Positions 29,476 to 39,895 of a stretch of 64,000 nt of DNA are shown piece by piece (position 1 is the stretch's first letter; each line of letters opens with the position of its first letter). The position numbers and the translations under genes were made by a program. The stretch lies in contig CAJOOC010000111.1 of assembly GCA_905236165.1 (NCBI GenBank), positions 2,924-66,923 of the forward strand, given 5' to 3'. The notes under the pieces were generated by a model. It was not told the DNA's origin. It was given only the letters and a program-made list of their open reading frames with translations, and searched no databases. This stretch comes from an uncultured Prevotella sp. Its GTDB lineage: Bacteria > Bacteroidota > Bacteroidia > Bacteroidales > Bacteroidaceae.

Positions 29476-30636
29476 ATGGAAATTGAATTTGTAAGAAGCA
29501 GATTTATCAAGCATTTTGACGGACAGACAGGTAACATTTACTTCTCTCCCGGCCGTATTAACCTCATAGGTGAGCATACCGACTACAATGGTGGCTATGT
29601 CTTCCCTGGAGCCGTTGACTGCGGCGTGATGGCAGAGCTTCGTCCTAACGGAACGAACAAGGTGCTGGCTTACAGCATAGACCTCAAGGACCGCGTGGAG
29701 TTCGACATCAACGACGAACAGGGTCCACGCGCCACATGGGCCCGCTTTATCTTCGGTATGGTGAAGGAGTTCCAGATACTGGGCGTTGACGTGAAGGGTT
29801 TCAACATTGCATTTGCTGGCGATGTGCCACTTGGAGCCGGTATGTCATCAAGTGCAGCAATGGAGAGCTGTTTCGGATGCGCCCTCAACGACCTCTTTGC
29901 CGACAATAAGATTTCAAAGTGGGACATCGTGCTGGCTGGTCAGGCTACGGAGCATAAGTACATCGGCACAAACTGCGGCATCATGGACCAGTTTGCATCG
30001 GTATTCGGAAAGGCCGGAGCCCTGATGCGCCTTGACTGCAACAGCCGCGACTTTGAATACTTCCCCTTCAACCCAGATGGCTACAAGCTCGTACTGCTCA
30101 ATTCTTGCGTGAAGCATGAGCTGGCAGGCAGCCCTTATAACGACCGCCGCAACTCCTGCGAGCGCGTGGTGAAGGCTGTGCAGGAAAAGCATCCCGAGGG
30201 CAGATACGAAACCTTGAGGGACTGCACATGGGAGAACCTTGAAGAGGTGTCTGACGTTATCTCTGCAGAGGATAAACAGCGTGCCACCTTCGTGCTTGGC
30301 GAAAAAGACCGCGTGCTGGGCGTCTGCGATGCTCTGCAGCAGGGCGACTATGAGAAGGTCGGTCAGCTGATGTATGAGACGCATCATGGTCTGTCAAAGG
30401 AATATGAGGTGAGCTGCGAAGAGCTTGACTACCTCGTTGACATCGCCAAGGAGTGTGGCGTGACGGGTTCCCGCATCATGGGCGGAGGCTTCGGAGGCTG
30501 CACCATCAACCTGGTGAAGGATGAACTGTATGACGACTTCATAGCTACGGCCAAGAAGAAGTTTGCCGAGAAGTTCGGTCATGCACCGAAGGTCTATGAT
30601 GTAAAGATTGGTGACGGCTCACGCAAAATCTGCTGA
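29476..30636 (+). CDS. galK: Galactokinase
   Basis: PGRINLIGEHTDYNGG, PLGAGMSSSAA, CGIMDQ, GGGFGG. Confidence 0.96.
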   Translation: MEIEFVRSRFIKHFDGQTGNIYFSPGRINLIGEHTDYNGGYVFPGAVDCGVMAELRPNGTNKVLAYSIDLKDRVEFDINDEQGPRATWARFIFGMVKEFQILGVDVKGFNIAFAGDVPLGAGMSSSAAMESCFGCALNDLFADNKISKWDIVLAGQATEHKYIGTNCGIMDQFASVFGKAGALMRLDCNSRDFEYFPFNPDGYKLVLLNSCVKHELAGSPYNDRRNSCERVVKAVQEKHPEGRYETLRDCTWENLEEVSDVISAEDKQRATFVLGEKDRVLGVCDALQQGDYEKVGQLMYETHHGLSKEYEVSCEELDYLVDIAKECGVTGSRIMGGGFGGCTINLVKDELYDDFIATAKKKFAEKFGHAPKVYDVKIGDGSRKIC

Positions 30637-30637
30637 T

Positions 30638-30826
30638 ATGAAGAAATATGAAGATGCATTGAAAGAACTGGAAGAGCTGGCTCAGCGAATGGAAAGTGGC
30701 GACTTCAAAATCGACACTATCAAGACTGATATTGACAAAGCCAGAAAGCTCATCAAGTTCTGCAGGGATGCTTTGACAAAGACTGAAGAAGAAATAAATG
30801 CAATTATATCCCAAGATAATAACTGA
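30638..30826 (+). CDS. xseB: Exodeoxyribonuclease VII small subunit
   Basis: KYEDALKELEE...MESG...LIKFC...L...E pattern, 62 aa. Confidence 0.8.
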   Translation: MKKYEDALKELEELAQRMESGDFKIDTIKTDIDKARKLIKFCRDALTKTEEEINAIISQDNN

Positions 30827-31952
30827 TGCGCTGGCAACGGTAACCTATGCCGGCACGAAGAAGAATATCATCGACAGCGGACTGCTTGCCGATCAGCCCA
30901 AGGTAACATGCGTGAACCAAGGGACCCCTGATGAACTGTGGAGCGTGGAGGTGGTGCTGAGTTTCCAAAAGGAGACAGACCCCTTCTGGCGCTCAACGGT
31001 GAAGGCTGCCGAGGCTGCCATCAACTATCACGTGAAGCAGATGGCCGAAGAACTGGGCGAGACGGACTTCGTCTTCGACCTCATTGTCAGCCAGGAGTTC
31101 AAGCAGCAGCCGCGTCCTGAAGATGACAAACTGCTGCCAGGAGTGAAGAATATCCTTGCCGTCAGTTCAGGAAAGGGTGGGGTAGGAAAGAGCACCGTCT
31201 CTGCCAACCTCGCCATATCCCTTGCGCGGATGGGCTATTCCGTTGGTCTGCTCGACACCGACATCTTCGGACCCTCTATACCAAAGATGTTCAACGTGGA
31301 GGACGAACGCCCATATGCCATCGAGAAAGAAGGCCGGCAGTTGATGGTGCCTGTGGAGCAGTACGGTGTGAAGCTGCTCTCCATTGGTTTCTTCGTTGAC
31401 AGGAATACGGCTACGCTGTGGCGCGGCGGTATGGCCTGCAGCGCGCTGAAACAGCTCATTGGCGATACCGACTGGGGGGACTTGGACTTCCTCATTCTCG
31501 ATACCCCGCCAGGAACGTCAGACATTCACCTCTCCCTGCTCCAGACTCTCGCAATAACGGGAGCCATCATCGTCTCTACACCGCAGCAGGTGGCATTGGC
31601 TGATGCAAAGAAAGGCATCGATATGTATACCAATGACAAGGTTAACGTGCCCATACTCGGACTCATTGAGAATATGGCATACTTCACTCCTGCCGAATTG
31701 CCCGAGAATAAATACTATATCTTCGGCAAGGAAGGCTGCAAGACTCTTGCCAAGGAGATGAACGTACCCTTGCTGGCACAGATACCTATCGTGCAGAGTA
31801 TCTGCGAGAAGGGCGATCAGGGCATCCCCGCAGCCCTCGATGTAGCCTCACCTACGGGTCAGGCATTCCTCGCGTTGGCCCAGAGTGTCATCACCGTCAC
31901 AAACCGACGCAACGCTGAGGCTCCTAAGACAGAGAGGGTACACACCCATTGA
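30798..31952 (+). CDS. Mrp/NBP35 (ApbC) Fe-S carrier ATPase
   Basis: SSGKGGVGKST, DIFGPS, WRG, DTPPGTSD, TPQ, ENM. Confidence 0.93.
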   Translation: MQLYPKIITDALATVTYAGTKKNIIDSGLLADQPKVTCVNQGTPDELWSVEVVLSFQKETDPFWRSTVKAAEAAINYHVKQMAEELGETDFVFDLIVSQEFKQQPRPEDDKLLPGVKNILAVSSGKGGVGKSTVSANLAISLARMGYSVGLLDTDIFGPSIPKMFNVEDERPYAIEKEGRQLMVPVEQYGVKLLSIGFFVDRNTATLWRGGMACSALKQLIGDTDWGDLDFLILDTPPGTSDIHLSLLQTLAITGAIIVSTPQQVALADAKKGIDMYTNDKVNVPILGLIENMAYFTPAELPENKYYIFGKEGCKTLAKEMNVPLLAQIPIVQSICEKGDQGIPAALDVASPTGQAFLALAQSVITVTNRRNAEAPKTERVHTH

Positions 31953-31958
31953 TTCTTC

Positions 31959-32047
31959 GAAACTGGTCGTTTCACAAAACTGCGTTCCACTTTGAAACAG
32001 GTTGTATCGCAGTCCGATACAACCTGTTTCGCAGTATGATACAAATC
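31959..32047. repeat. 22-bp periodic GAWAC...GTWTC array forming a perfect 16-bp inverted repeat
   Basis: GAAACAGGTTGTATCG (31994-32009) / CGATACAACCTGTTTC (32015-32030). Confidence 0.85.
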
Positions 32048-32062
32048 ACAGCAACTTGAACT

Positions 32063-35000
32063 ATGCGTAAAAAGCCATTACTTCTTATATTTTTCATTGC
32101 AACGTGGCTCTTGGCTTCAGCCGAGGGCTATGACGCCATGTGGAAGCGTTACGACAAGTGTGTGGCTAAGGATAAGCCTCGCGATGCCCTCAGCGTGCTC
32201 TACGGCATAGAACAGAAGGCAGAGCGCGAGAAGTCATGGTCACAGCTGATGGCAGCGATGATTATGGAGCACAACATGCTGGCAGAGATAAGCTCTGACA
32301 GCATCGCTCCGGCACGGGAACGCCTCGAGAAACGTTTCCAGGCCGGTGTGCCTGCCACGATACGTCGCATCGTGATGGACGAACGCATAGACATCGACTC
32401 GCTGATGGCTCTGCCTGATGCTTCTGAGTATACTAAGGCAAACAGTGCGAAGCAATGTGGGCTGCTTGTGGAGAGAGGTACTGACAGCAGGTATTTCAAC
32501 CACGACCTTCTGAGCATGATTATTATGCGTCAGCACTTCGACAAGCGCGACTCCCTGCTGGCTCACTATTACGGAGACAACAACGAGATGGTGGAGTTTC
32601 TTACTGCACAGAGCAAGATATACGCCACCGACTCCTTGGCGGAAAAGATAACGCTCATCGATAAGGCTCTTGCTCGCTGGCCCAAATGGGATGTGGCACA
32701 GGAGTTGGTGAATTATCGCAGGTCGCTGACAATGCCTCACGTCAGATATTCTATAGACAATGGCTATGAGTATGCTGACAAAGACCGCTGGATACGTTTC
32801 AGTCAGGTAAGAAACATCTCAAGAGTGACAGTAGATATCACACCCCTTGATGCACGGATACGTCAGAACGGAGATACCAGATTGTTATCGCTGTCATTTC
32901 AGCCCGCGAAGGAATGGGAGACACAGAAGGATTCCATAAACATTGGTGCGCTGAAGCCCGGCAGATATGCCATAATGGTTACTCCGCAGGTCATCCCCTC
33001 ATGGGTGAAGAAGACTGACGAGGCCTATGACACGCTGAATGTGTCGCATCTGCAGGTGCTGACAATAGCCCTTCCTGATAACAGTCTGCGTTGCATCGTG
33101 GTTAATGCTGCTACGGGACAGCCCGTTCCGGGTAGCCTGGTTCATGTGCGCAGTTACCGTAACAGTTCCATGATGAGGACTTACGCTACGGATGATAAGG
33201 GAGAATGCATCATAACCCGTTCAGAGAAAGAGCGCAACAATATCATTCAGACTTATGCAAGTACCTCTTCTGACAGCATTGCCCTGTGGAGTTATGCTGG
33301 TGGTTTCTATCGTTATGAAAAACGTACAGACACACGTGTGATATCCAATATGTTCACAGACCGGGCATTGTATCGTCCCGGACAGAAGATAGAGGCAGTA
33401 GTGATAAGGCACAGCATCTCTCCTGATAATGTTACAAAGGTTATTGAGGGCGACACCGTAGAGGTGAAGATGCGCGACAGAAACTATCGTGAGATAGATA
33501 AGGTCACAGTTGTTACTGACCAGTATGGCACAGCCCGCATCACCTTCACACTTCCCGAGAATGCAGAGAGCGGCACGTATGCCCTCGTGTCAAAATCGGC
33601 TTCTGTTGCTATAACAGTAGAGGAGTACAAACGCCCTACGTTCAATGTTACCTTCCCAGATCCGAAGACTATTGACACCACTGGCGACACCATTCGTGTA
33701 AAGGGAACGGTAAGGAGTTACAGCGGTGCGCTGATGACAGGGGCCACGGTGTGTGTGAGTGCTGACAGGAGAGCATGGTGGTGGAGAATATATCATGATG
33801 GAGCAAATGCCAACATCATTCGTGATACACTCATAACCGATGCCAACGGAGAATTCCTTGTCATCATCCCTGTTAAGAAAGGTGTAAAAGAACCTCTGAA
33901 GTGGTTCTACACCCTTGATGTCTCTGCTGTCGCTACGAGTCTCTCAGGAGAGAGCCAGCAGGGCAGCGTGCGTATCCCTTTGAACGAAGGCAACGAACCG
34001 CCAAAAGAAAATGAGAAACGCAATGAACATTGCTGGTATGCGTTGTCTTCTGAGAATTTCCCATCGGATAATGGCGTGGTAACTATTACCGTTGGCAGCG
34101 ATTTCAAGGATGTGTATGCCCCATATATAGTAGTGGCCCAAAATAAGGTGATAGAGGATGGAGTGTTGCATCTCAATGCCGACTCTATTACCAAGACCTT
34201 CACCTATAAGCCGGAGTGGGGCGACGGCATCACTATGTCGTATGCCTGGATAAAGGATGGTAAGCATTACGGCGAACATATAGAGATAAAACGCGCCCTT
34301 CCTGACAAGAAACTGAACCTCGCCTGGGGCACGTTCCGCGACAAGGTAGTGCCAGGCCAGAAGGAAAAGTGGACGGTGAACATTACGGACAGCGAGGGTA
34401 AGCCCTGTAAGGCACAGCTCATGGCTGTACTATACGATAAGTCGCTCGATGCTATAAGAAGTCACAAGTGGTATTTCTATGATAACCGCGTACAGAGTGT
34501 TCCGTCCTCTTATTGGCGACATACAAGTATTGCTTCAAAACTGTATGGCTTTATCGACTCTGATGTGCGGACCGTAAAGAGTCGCAATATTGCCTTCTCC
34601 GAGTTTAATACCAAGTTCTCCCTATATGGCGGATATCGTCTTTATAAGGGACATCGCATGTTACGTAATGGTAGCATGATGACCCGTGCTACAGTAATGT
34701 CCAGTGCGCCCATGATGGAGATGAAATCCATTGGAGCGTTCGATGTAAGGGGCAATGACGAAGGCGGCGAAGTGCTGAGAGCTGCTGAGGTAATCCCCGC
34801 AGAGGGTATGGCAACCTATGATGCCGTTGCGAATGAAGAAGCTGCTGACATGATGTCGATGATACCTCTTCGTGCCAACTTTGGCGAGACGGCATTCTTT
34901 ATGCCACAGTTGGAGAGCGATGACAAGGGTAAGGTAGGGTTGTTGTTCACCTTGCCAGAGAGTGTCACCACGTGGCGTTTCATCGCGATGGCTCATGATA

Positions 35001-36640
35001 AGGACATGCGCTATGGATTCTTGGAAGATGAGTGTGTAGCGCAGAAGAAAATTATGATTCACCCCAACATGCCGCGCTTCCTCAGAGTGGGCGACAAAGC
35101 CGTCGTGAAGGCCGAGATAACCAATCTCTCCGACAAATCTATGAAGGCAAAGGCACGTCTGCAGGTGCTGGACGCGAAGACTGAGAAGGTGATAGGCAAT
35201 ATATATAATAATGTACGCGCAGAGGCTGGCAGCACCGCTATCGCTTCGTTCGCCTTGCCAAAGGCGGCACAAACGGGAGAATGGATATGTAGGGTGATGG
35301 TAGAGACCAATGGCTTCAGCGACGGTGAGCAGCATCTTGTGCCAATACTGTCAACAGAACAGTCGTTGCCTGAGATAGCTGACTATACCATCAGTCCTGA
35401 CAGCCTTATGTTTGCCGCTCTGCCAGAACTGCTGCTGCCTGAGTGTGACAATGCGATATGCCTCTCCAATGCCGTCTATGCCAATATGATGACGGCAAAG
35501 CTGAAGGATACCATCCCTGACCTGAAGCAGAACAATGTGATTAACCGTCTCATGGAGCTGCAGAATGCTGATGGCTCCTTCTCCTGGTATAAGGGAATGC
35601 AAGGCAGCACCTATATGACGATGGCTGTGCTGAAGACTCTCGCACGGGGACAGCATTACTGCGGGGAGCAACCCTTGCTCAAAGATATCATGAAGAGTGC
35701 TTTCTCATATATGCAGCAGAAGATGCAGGAGCATGTGGAGATGCTGAAGAAACCCAAGATGTCCCCTTATCTCAGCAATACCGCCCTTGACTGGCTCTAC
35801 ACCTTGGCTATTACAGGTACCGACGGTGGTAATGCCGCGAAATATCTTCGCAAACTTATCCCCGAAGACTGTAACAAGGCCGACATGGAGACCAAGGCCG
35901 TTGCCGCCATCGTGATGAATGAGGCTGGCAAGGGCAGCAAGGCGCGGGAATATGTGGAGGCCATAAAGCAACACACGGTGTATCGTGAGGATATGGGCAG
36001 ATACTTCGACTCTTATCGCACTCACTATTCTTGGTGCGACTATCGCATCCCTTCACAGTCAATGGCAATCGAGGCTATGCAGCATATCACACCTGCTGAC
36101 AACTGCACCATCCGTGAGATGCAACGATGGCTCTTCTCGTCGAAACGCACACAACGCTGGGACAACCCATATAACACCGTGAATGCTGTCAATGCCTTTA
36201 TGATGAAGACGGCAGAATGTCCAAAGGAGACGGAGCAGATGCAGAAGGCCAGCACCATTTATGCTGCTGACTATAAGCAGATTATAAAGGTGAAGAGAGA
36301 GATAACGTGGGACGGCAAGAAGACATCGAAGCTGACAGTAAGGATTACCATTGAGGCTGACAGAGACTATGACTTCGTTACTGTTACGGACAATCGTCCT
36401 GCATGCCTTGAACCCGTCAGACAGCTGTCAGGATATTATGATGGTGCATACAGGCAGCACAGGGACAATGCAACCATCTATGCCTTCGACCAACTGAGCA
36501 AGGGCGTTCATACGATAGAGACTCAATATTATGTATCAACCGAGGGTGACTTCACCTCTGGCGACGTAACGGCAATATGCACTTACGCTCCAGAATTCCA
36601 GGGAAGTGCAGAACCATATAATATGAATAATCATGAATAG
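32063..36640 (+). CDS. Bacterial alpha-2-macroglobulin family protein
   Basis: FTDRALYRPG, VEEYKRPTF, LRANFGETAFF.P, LPESVTTW, PRFLRVGD, LQNADGSFSW, RPACLEP. Confidence 0.9.
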   Translation: MRKKPLLLIFFIATWLLASAEGYDAMWKRYDKCVAKDKPRDALSVLYGIEQKAEREKSWSQLMAAMIMEHNMLAEISSDSIAPARERLEKRFQAGVPATIRRIVMDERIDIDSLMALPDASEYTKANSAKQCGLLVERGTDSRYFNHDLLSMIIMRQHFDKRDSLLAHYYGDNNEMVEFLTAQSKIYATDSLAEKITLIDKALARWPKWDVAQELVNYRRSLTMPHVRYSIDNGYEYADKDRWIRFSQVRNISRVTVDITPLDARIRQNGDTRLLSLSFQPAKEWETQKDSINIGALKPGRYAIMVTPQVIPSWVKKTDEAYDTLNVSHLQVLTIALPDNSLRCIVVNAATGQPVPGSLVHVRSYRNSSMMRTYATDDKGECIITRSEKERNNIIQTYASTSSDSIALWSYAGGFYRYEKRTDTRVISNMFTDRALYRPGQKIEAVVIRHSISPDNVTKVIEGDTVEVKMRDRNYREIDKVTVVTDQYGTARITFTLPENAESGTYALVSKSASVAITVEEYKRPTFNVTFPDPKTIDTTGDTIRVKGTVRSYSGALMTGATVCVSADRRAWWWRIYHDGANANIIRDTLITDANGEFLVIIPVKKGVKEPLKWFYTLDVSAVATSLSGESQQGSVRIPLNEGNEPPKENEKRNEHCWYALSSENFPSDNGVVTITVGSDFKDVYAPYIVVAQNKVIEDGVLHLNADSITKTFTYKPEWGDGITMSYAWIKDGKHYGEHIEIKRALPDKKLNLAWGTFRDKVVPGQKEKWTVNITDSEGKPCKAQLMAVLYDKSLDAIRSHKWYFYDNRVQSVPSSYWRHTSIASKLYGFIDSDVRTVKSRNIAFSEFNTKFSLYGGYRLYKGHRMLRNGSMMTRATVMSSAPMMEMKSIGAFDVRGNDEGGEVLRAAEVIPAEGMATYDAVANEEAADMMSMIPLRANFGETAFFMPQLESDDKGKVGLLFTLPESVTTWRFIAMAHDKDMRYGFLEDECVAQKKIMIHPNMPRFLRVGDKAVVKAEITNLSDKSMKAKARLQVLDAKTEKVIGNIYNNVRAEAGSTAIASFALPKAAQTGEWICRVMVETNGFSDGEQHLVPILSTEQSLPEIADYTISPDSLMFAALPELLLPECDNAICLSNAVYANMMTAKLKDTIPDLKQNNVINRLMELQNADGSFSWYKGMQGSTYMTMAVLKTLARGQHYCGEQPLLKDIMKSAFSYMQQKMQEHVEMLKKPKMSPYLSNTALDWLYTLAITGTDGGNAAKYLRKLIPEDCNKADMETKAVAAIVMNEAGKGSKAREYVEAIKQHTVYREDMGRYFDSYRTHYSWCDYRIPSQSMAIEAMQHITPADNCTIREMQRWLFSSKRTQRWDNPYNTVNAVNAFMMKTAECPKETEQMQKASTIYAADYKQIIKVKREITWDGKKTSKLTVRITIEADRDYDFVTVTDNRPACLEPVRQLSGYYDGAYRQHRDNATIYAFDQLSKGVHTIETQYYVSTEGDFTSGDVTAICTYAPEFQGSAEPYNMNNHE

Positions 36641-37724
36641 AATACTAATAAGGACAGTAGTTTTTGCCATTACCTTGTTATCAATACAAATGGTTGATGG
36701 CATCGTTTCAACATGTAGGGCACAGTCGTTGCTTCCACTTCAGAACGAGATGGAATGCGGGCAAATGCTCTTCAAGCAACCTACCAATATCACCATCGAA
36801 CTGAGGAATGCCACAGCCCATCCCGTATGTATCACTAATGTGGAAACGGGGTGCGGATGTACTACGGCATCCTATGACAGAACCCCTATCTCGCCTGGAG
36901 CTTCAACGCCCATCACTATTACCTTCGATGCCAAGCAACTGGGACACTTCAACCGTATGGTAAGGGTGTTCGATACAGGATCGGATGTTCCTACGGAGAT
37001 ACAGTTTCATGGTCAGGTGGTGACGAAGTTGATTGACTATACAGGAGAATATCCGCATAAGCTCGGAATACTGTATACCGATGCTGATGCTCTGGAGTTT
37101 GACAATGTAAACAAGGGTCAGCGACTGACAAGGGAGATACACATCATGAACCCGTCTGGACAGAATGTCACTCCCGTCATGCTGCGACTGCCTTCTTACC
37201 TCAAGGCTGAGATGAGCCCTCAGATTCTGGCACCCAAGCAGAAGGGCACGATGAAGATTGTACTCAATTCAAAAGACCTCTACGACTATGGGTTGATACA
37301 GTCAAACATCTACCTTGGCAAGAACGGAGCCGATAAGATTTCGTCAGACAAGGAAGTGCCGGTAACCATTGTGCTCCTCCCACCATCGCTCAAGAATGAT
37401 GGTCAGGTGCAGGGAAATGTGCCTAAGTTGTCGATGTCGGCAAAGGAAATAAACCTCTCAGAACTGCAGAATAAGTCAAAGGCAAAGGACGAACTGACCA
37501 TCACCAACAACGGTAAGGCCGAGCTGGAGATATCCAAACTGCAGCTCTTCACTCCTGGCCTGCAGGTAGAACTTGGACAGCAGCGTCTTGCTCCTGGGGC
37601 GTCAACAAAACTCAAGGTGTCGGCAAGGGGAAAGGACCTGCGCAAGACACGTACCCGTCCGCGTATTCTTATGATTACCAACGACCCTGACAACCAAAAG
37701 GTAGTCATTGAGGTAAGGAGGTAA
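36633..37724 (+). CDS. DUF1573 (Ig-like) domain protein
   Basis: ITNVETGCGCT, PISPG, three Ig-like repeats, ITNDP. Confidence 0.85.
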   Translation: MNRILIRTVVFAITLLSIQMVDGIVSTCRAQSLLPLQNEMECGQMLFKQPTNITIELRNATAHPVCITNVETGCGCTTASYDRTPISPGASTPITITFDAKQLGHFNRMVRVFDTGSDVPTEIQFHGQVVTKLIDYTGEYPHKLGILYTDADALEFDNVNKGQRLTREIHIMNPSGQNVTPVMLRLPSYLKAEMSPQILAPKQKGTMKIVLNSKDLYDYGLIQSNIYLGKNGADKISSDKEVPVTIVLLPPSLKNDGQVQGNVPKLSMSAKEINLSELQNKSKAKDELTITNNGKAELEISKLQLFTPGLQVELGQQRLAPGASTKLKVSARGKDLRKTRTRPRILMITNDPDNQKVVIEVRR

Positions 37725-37772
37725 AAGCATTTTAATATTTTAATATTCAATATTTCAATCTTCTATTTGATT

Positions 37773-38876
37773 GTGATACATCCAGAGAACGATAAGGAAT
37801 ATAAAGGCTTACAGGTAAACGATGGTGTGGTGCAGCCTGCAAGCGTCAATCCATACCTTAACCGTAAGCGCTTTCAGCGAAAGCAATATACTGTAGACCA
37901 GCTTGTTGACGGTATTCTTGCCGGTAATGTGACGATGCTCTCTCAGGCCGTAACACTGGTTGAGAGCGTTATCCCAGAACATCAGGAGAAGGCCCAGCAG
38001 GTCATAGAACGCTGTCTGCCCTATAGCGGCAAGTCTGTGCGTATAGGTATCAGCGGTGTGCCTGGAGCAGGAAAGTCCACGTCAATAGACGAATTCGGCA
38101 TCCACGTGCTCAACCGCAACGGAGGCAAGCTGGCCGTACTTGCCATTGACCCCTCGTCAGAGAGGAGCAAAGGTTCCATCCTGGGCGACAAGACCCGCAT
38201 GGAGAAACTGGCGCAGCATCCCGATGCATACATTCGCCCCAGCCCCTCAGCGGGATCATTGGGAGGTGTGGCACGAAAGACACGCGAGACCGTCATACTA
38301 TGCGAGGCTGCCGGATTCGACACTATCTTCATCGAGACTGTCGGAGTGGGACAGAGCGAGACAGCATGTCATTCTATGGTAGACTTCTTCCTGCTCTTAC
38401 AGGTAGCAGGAACGGGCGATGAGCTGCAGGGCATCAAGCGCGGCATCATGGAGATTTCTGATGGCATCGTAATCAATAAATGTGACGGCGACAACGTGAA
38501 GCGCTGCGAGATGGCGGCACAGAATTTCCGTAATGCGCTCCATTTCTTCCCAATGCCTGAGAGCGGATGGGACAGGAAGGTGCTCACTTATTCAGGATTC
38601 TACGGATATGGTATCAAGGAGATATTCGATATGATATACGAATATGTGGACTTCGTGAAGGAAAATGGATACTTCGACCTGAGACGTCGTTACCAGAATA
38701 AATACTGGATGTATGAAACGATAGAGAACACCCTTCGAAACCGTTTCTATAACAACCCCATTATCTCCGAGAATATTGCTGCATCTGAACTGGCAGTACA
38801 GACAGGACAGAAGACAAGCTTCATGGCTGCCTTCGACCTCCTCAACCAGTATTACAATAGCTTGCGCCAAAAATAA
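37773..38876 (+). CDS. meaB: Methylmalonyl-CoA mutase-associated GTPase MeaB
   Basis: GVPGAGKST, DPSS..SKGSILGDKTRM, ETVGVGQSE, GDELQGIKRG; start GTG 37773 or TTG 37767. Confidence 0.93.
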   Translation: MIHPENDKEYKGLQVNDGVVQPASVNPYLNRKRFQRKQYTVDQLVDGILAGNVTMLSQAVTLVESVIPEHQEKAQQVIERCLPYSGKSVRIGISGVPGAGKSTSIDEFGIHVLNRNGGKLAVLAIDPSSERSKGSILGDKTRMEKLAQHPDAYIRPSPSAGSLGGVARKTRETVILCEAAGFDTIFIETVGVGQSETACHSMVDFFLLLQVAGTGDELQGIKRGIMEISDGIVINKCDGDNVKRCEMAAQNFRNALHFFPMPESGWDRKVLTYSGFYGYGIKEIFDMIYEYVDFVKENGYFDLRRRYQNKYWMYETIENTLRNRFYNNPIISENIAASELAVQTGQKTSFMAAFDLLNQYYNSLRQK

Positions 38877-38891
38877 TTTATATGTCTGAGA

Positions 38892-38918
38892 GTCTGCGAT
38901 ACCATTGCAGACATTTCG
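38892..38918 (+). repeat. REP-like 27-bp palindrome, copy 1
   Basis: GTCTGCGAT-ACC-ATTGCAGAC-ATTTCG. Confidence 0.9.
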
Positions 38919-38929
38919 CTAATTCGAAG

Positions 38930-39796
38930 ATGTACATTGAGATAGACGAAGGCTCTGGCTTCTGCTTCGGTGTAACCAGGGCAATTGAAAATGCCGAAGA
39001 GATACTCCACTCCGGACAGCAGTTGAACTGTCTGGGAGACATCGTGCATAATGGTATAGAGTGTGAGCGGCTAAGGCAGCTTGGGCTCAAGACTATCGAC
39101 CATGATGACTTATGCCAGATGCAACATTCCACAGTGCTGCTGCGAGCACATGGTGAGCCGCCGTCAACATATATTACCGCACAGCGTAACGACATAAAAA
39201 TCATCGATGCCACTTGTCCGGTAGTGCTGGCTTTGCAGAAGCGCATCAAGAAGAAGTATACCGAGCTCAAGCAGTCGGGTACTATGGGTAGCATTGTCAT
39301 TTTCGGCAAGAAAGGACATGCTGAGGTGTTGGGGCTCGTGGGGCAGACAGAGGGTACAGCAATAGTAATAGAACATCCTGAAGATGCAAGACAGCTCGAT
39401 TTCAGCCACGATATCTATCTCTACAGTCAGACAACGAAATCGCTGGATGAGTTTCATCTCATCATTGACTATTGCAAGGAGCATATTTCCCACGATGCCA
39501 CCTTCCAAAGCTATGACACCATCTGCAGACAGGTAGCCAACAGAATGCCCCATATTTGCAACTTTGCCACAAAGCATAGCGTGGTATTGTTCGTAAGCGG
39601 AAGAAAGAGCAGCAACGGAAGAGTGCTCTTTGAGGCCTGTAAAGCCAACAATCCCAACACCTACCTCATAGAAGGGCCTGACGAGATACAACTTTCATGG
39701 CTCAAGGGGGCTGATAGCATAGGTATCTGTGGAGCCACCAGCACGCCAAAATGGCTTATGGAACAGGTGGGACAACGCATACGCCAACAACTATAA
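38930..39796 (+). CDS. ispH: 4-hydroxy-3-methylbut-2-enyl diphosphate reductase
   Basis: GFCFGV, IVHN, RAHG, DATCP, SQTT, TIC, SSN, GATSTP. Confidence 0.96.
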   Translation: MYIEIDEGSGFCFGVTRAIENAEEILHSGQQLNCLGDIVHNGIECERLRQLGLKTIDHDDLCQMQHSTVLLRAHGEPPSTYITAQRNDIKIIDATCPVVLALQKRIKKKYTELKQSGTMGSIVIFGKKGHAEVLGLVGQTEGTAIVIEHPEDARQLDFSHDIYLYSQTTKSLDEFHLIIDYCKEHISHDATFQSYDTICRQVANRMPHICNFATKHSVVLFVSGRKSSNGRVLFEACKANNPNTYLIEGPDEIQLSWLKGADSIGICGATSTPKWLMEQVGQRIRQQL

Positions 39797-39823
39797 TTAA
39801 TTTGATATTTTGTTTGTTAGAGA

Positions 39824-39895
39824 GTCTGCGATACCATCGCAGACATTTCGACCATTCGATAATTTGTTAATTCGTTAATTTGTTAATTCGTCAAT
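39824..39895 (+). repeat. REP-like palindrome copy 2 followed by 8-bp GTTAATTY array
   Basis: GTCTGCGATACCATCGCAGACATTTCG (39824-39850); array 39858-39895 abutting the cmk ATG. Confidence 0.9.

Noticed and set aside
38882-38929. 16-aa N-terminal extension of IspH
   Set aside because: It is the translated REP-like repeat; family similarity begins at ATG 38930
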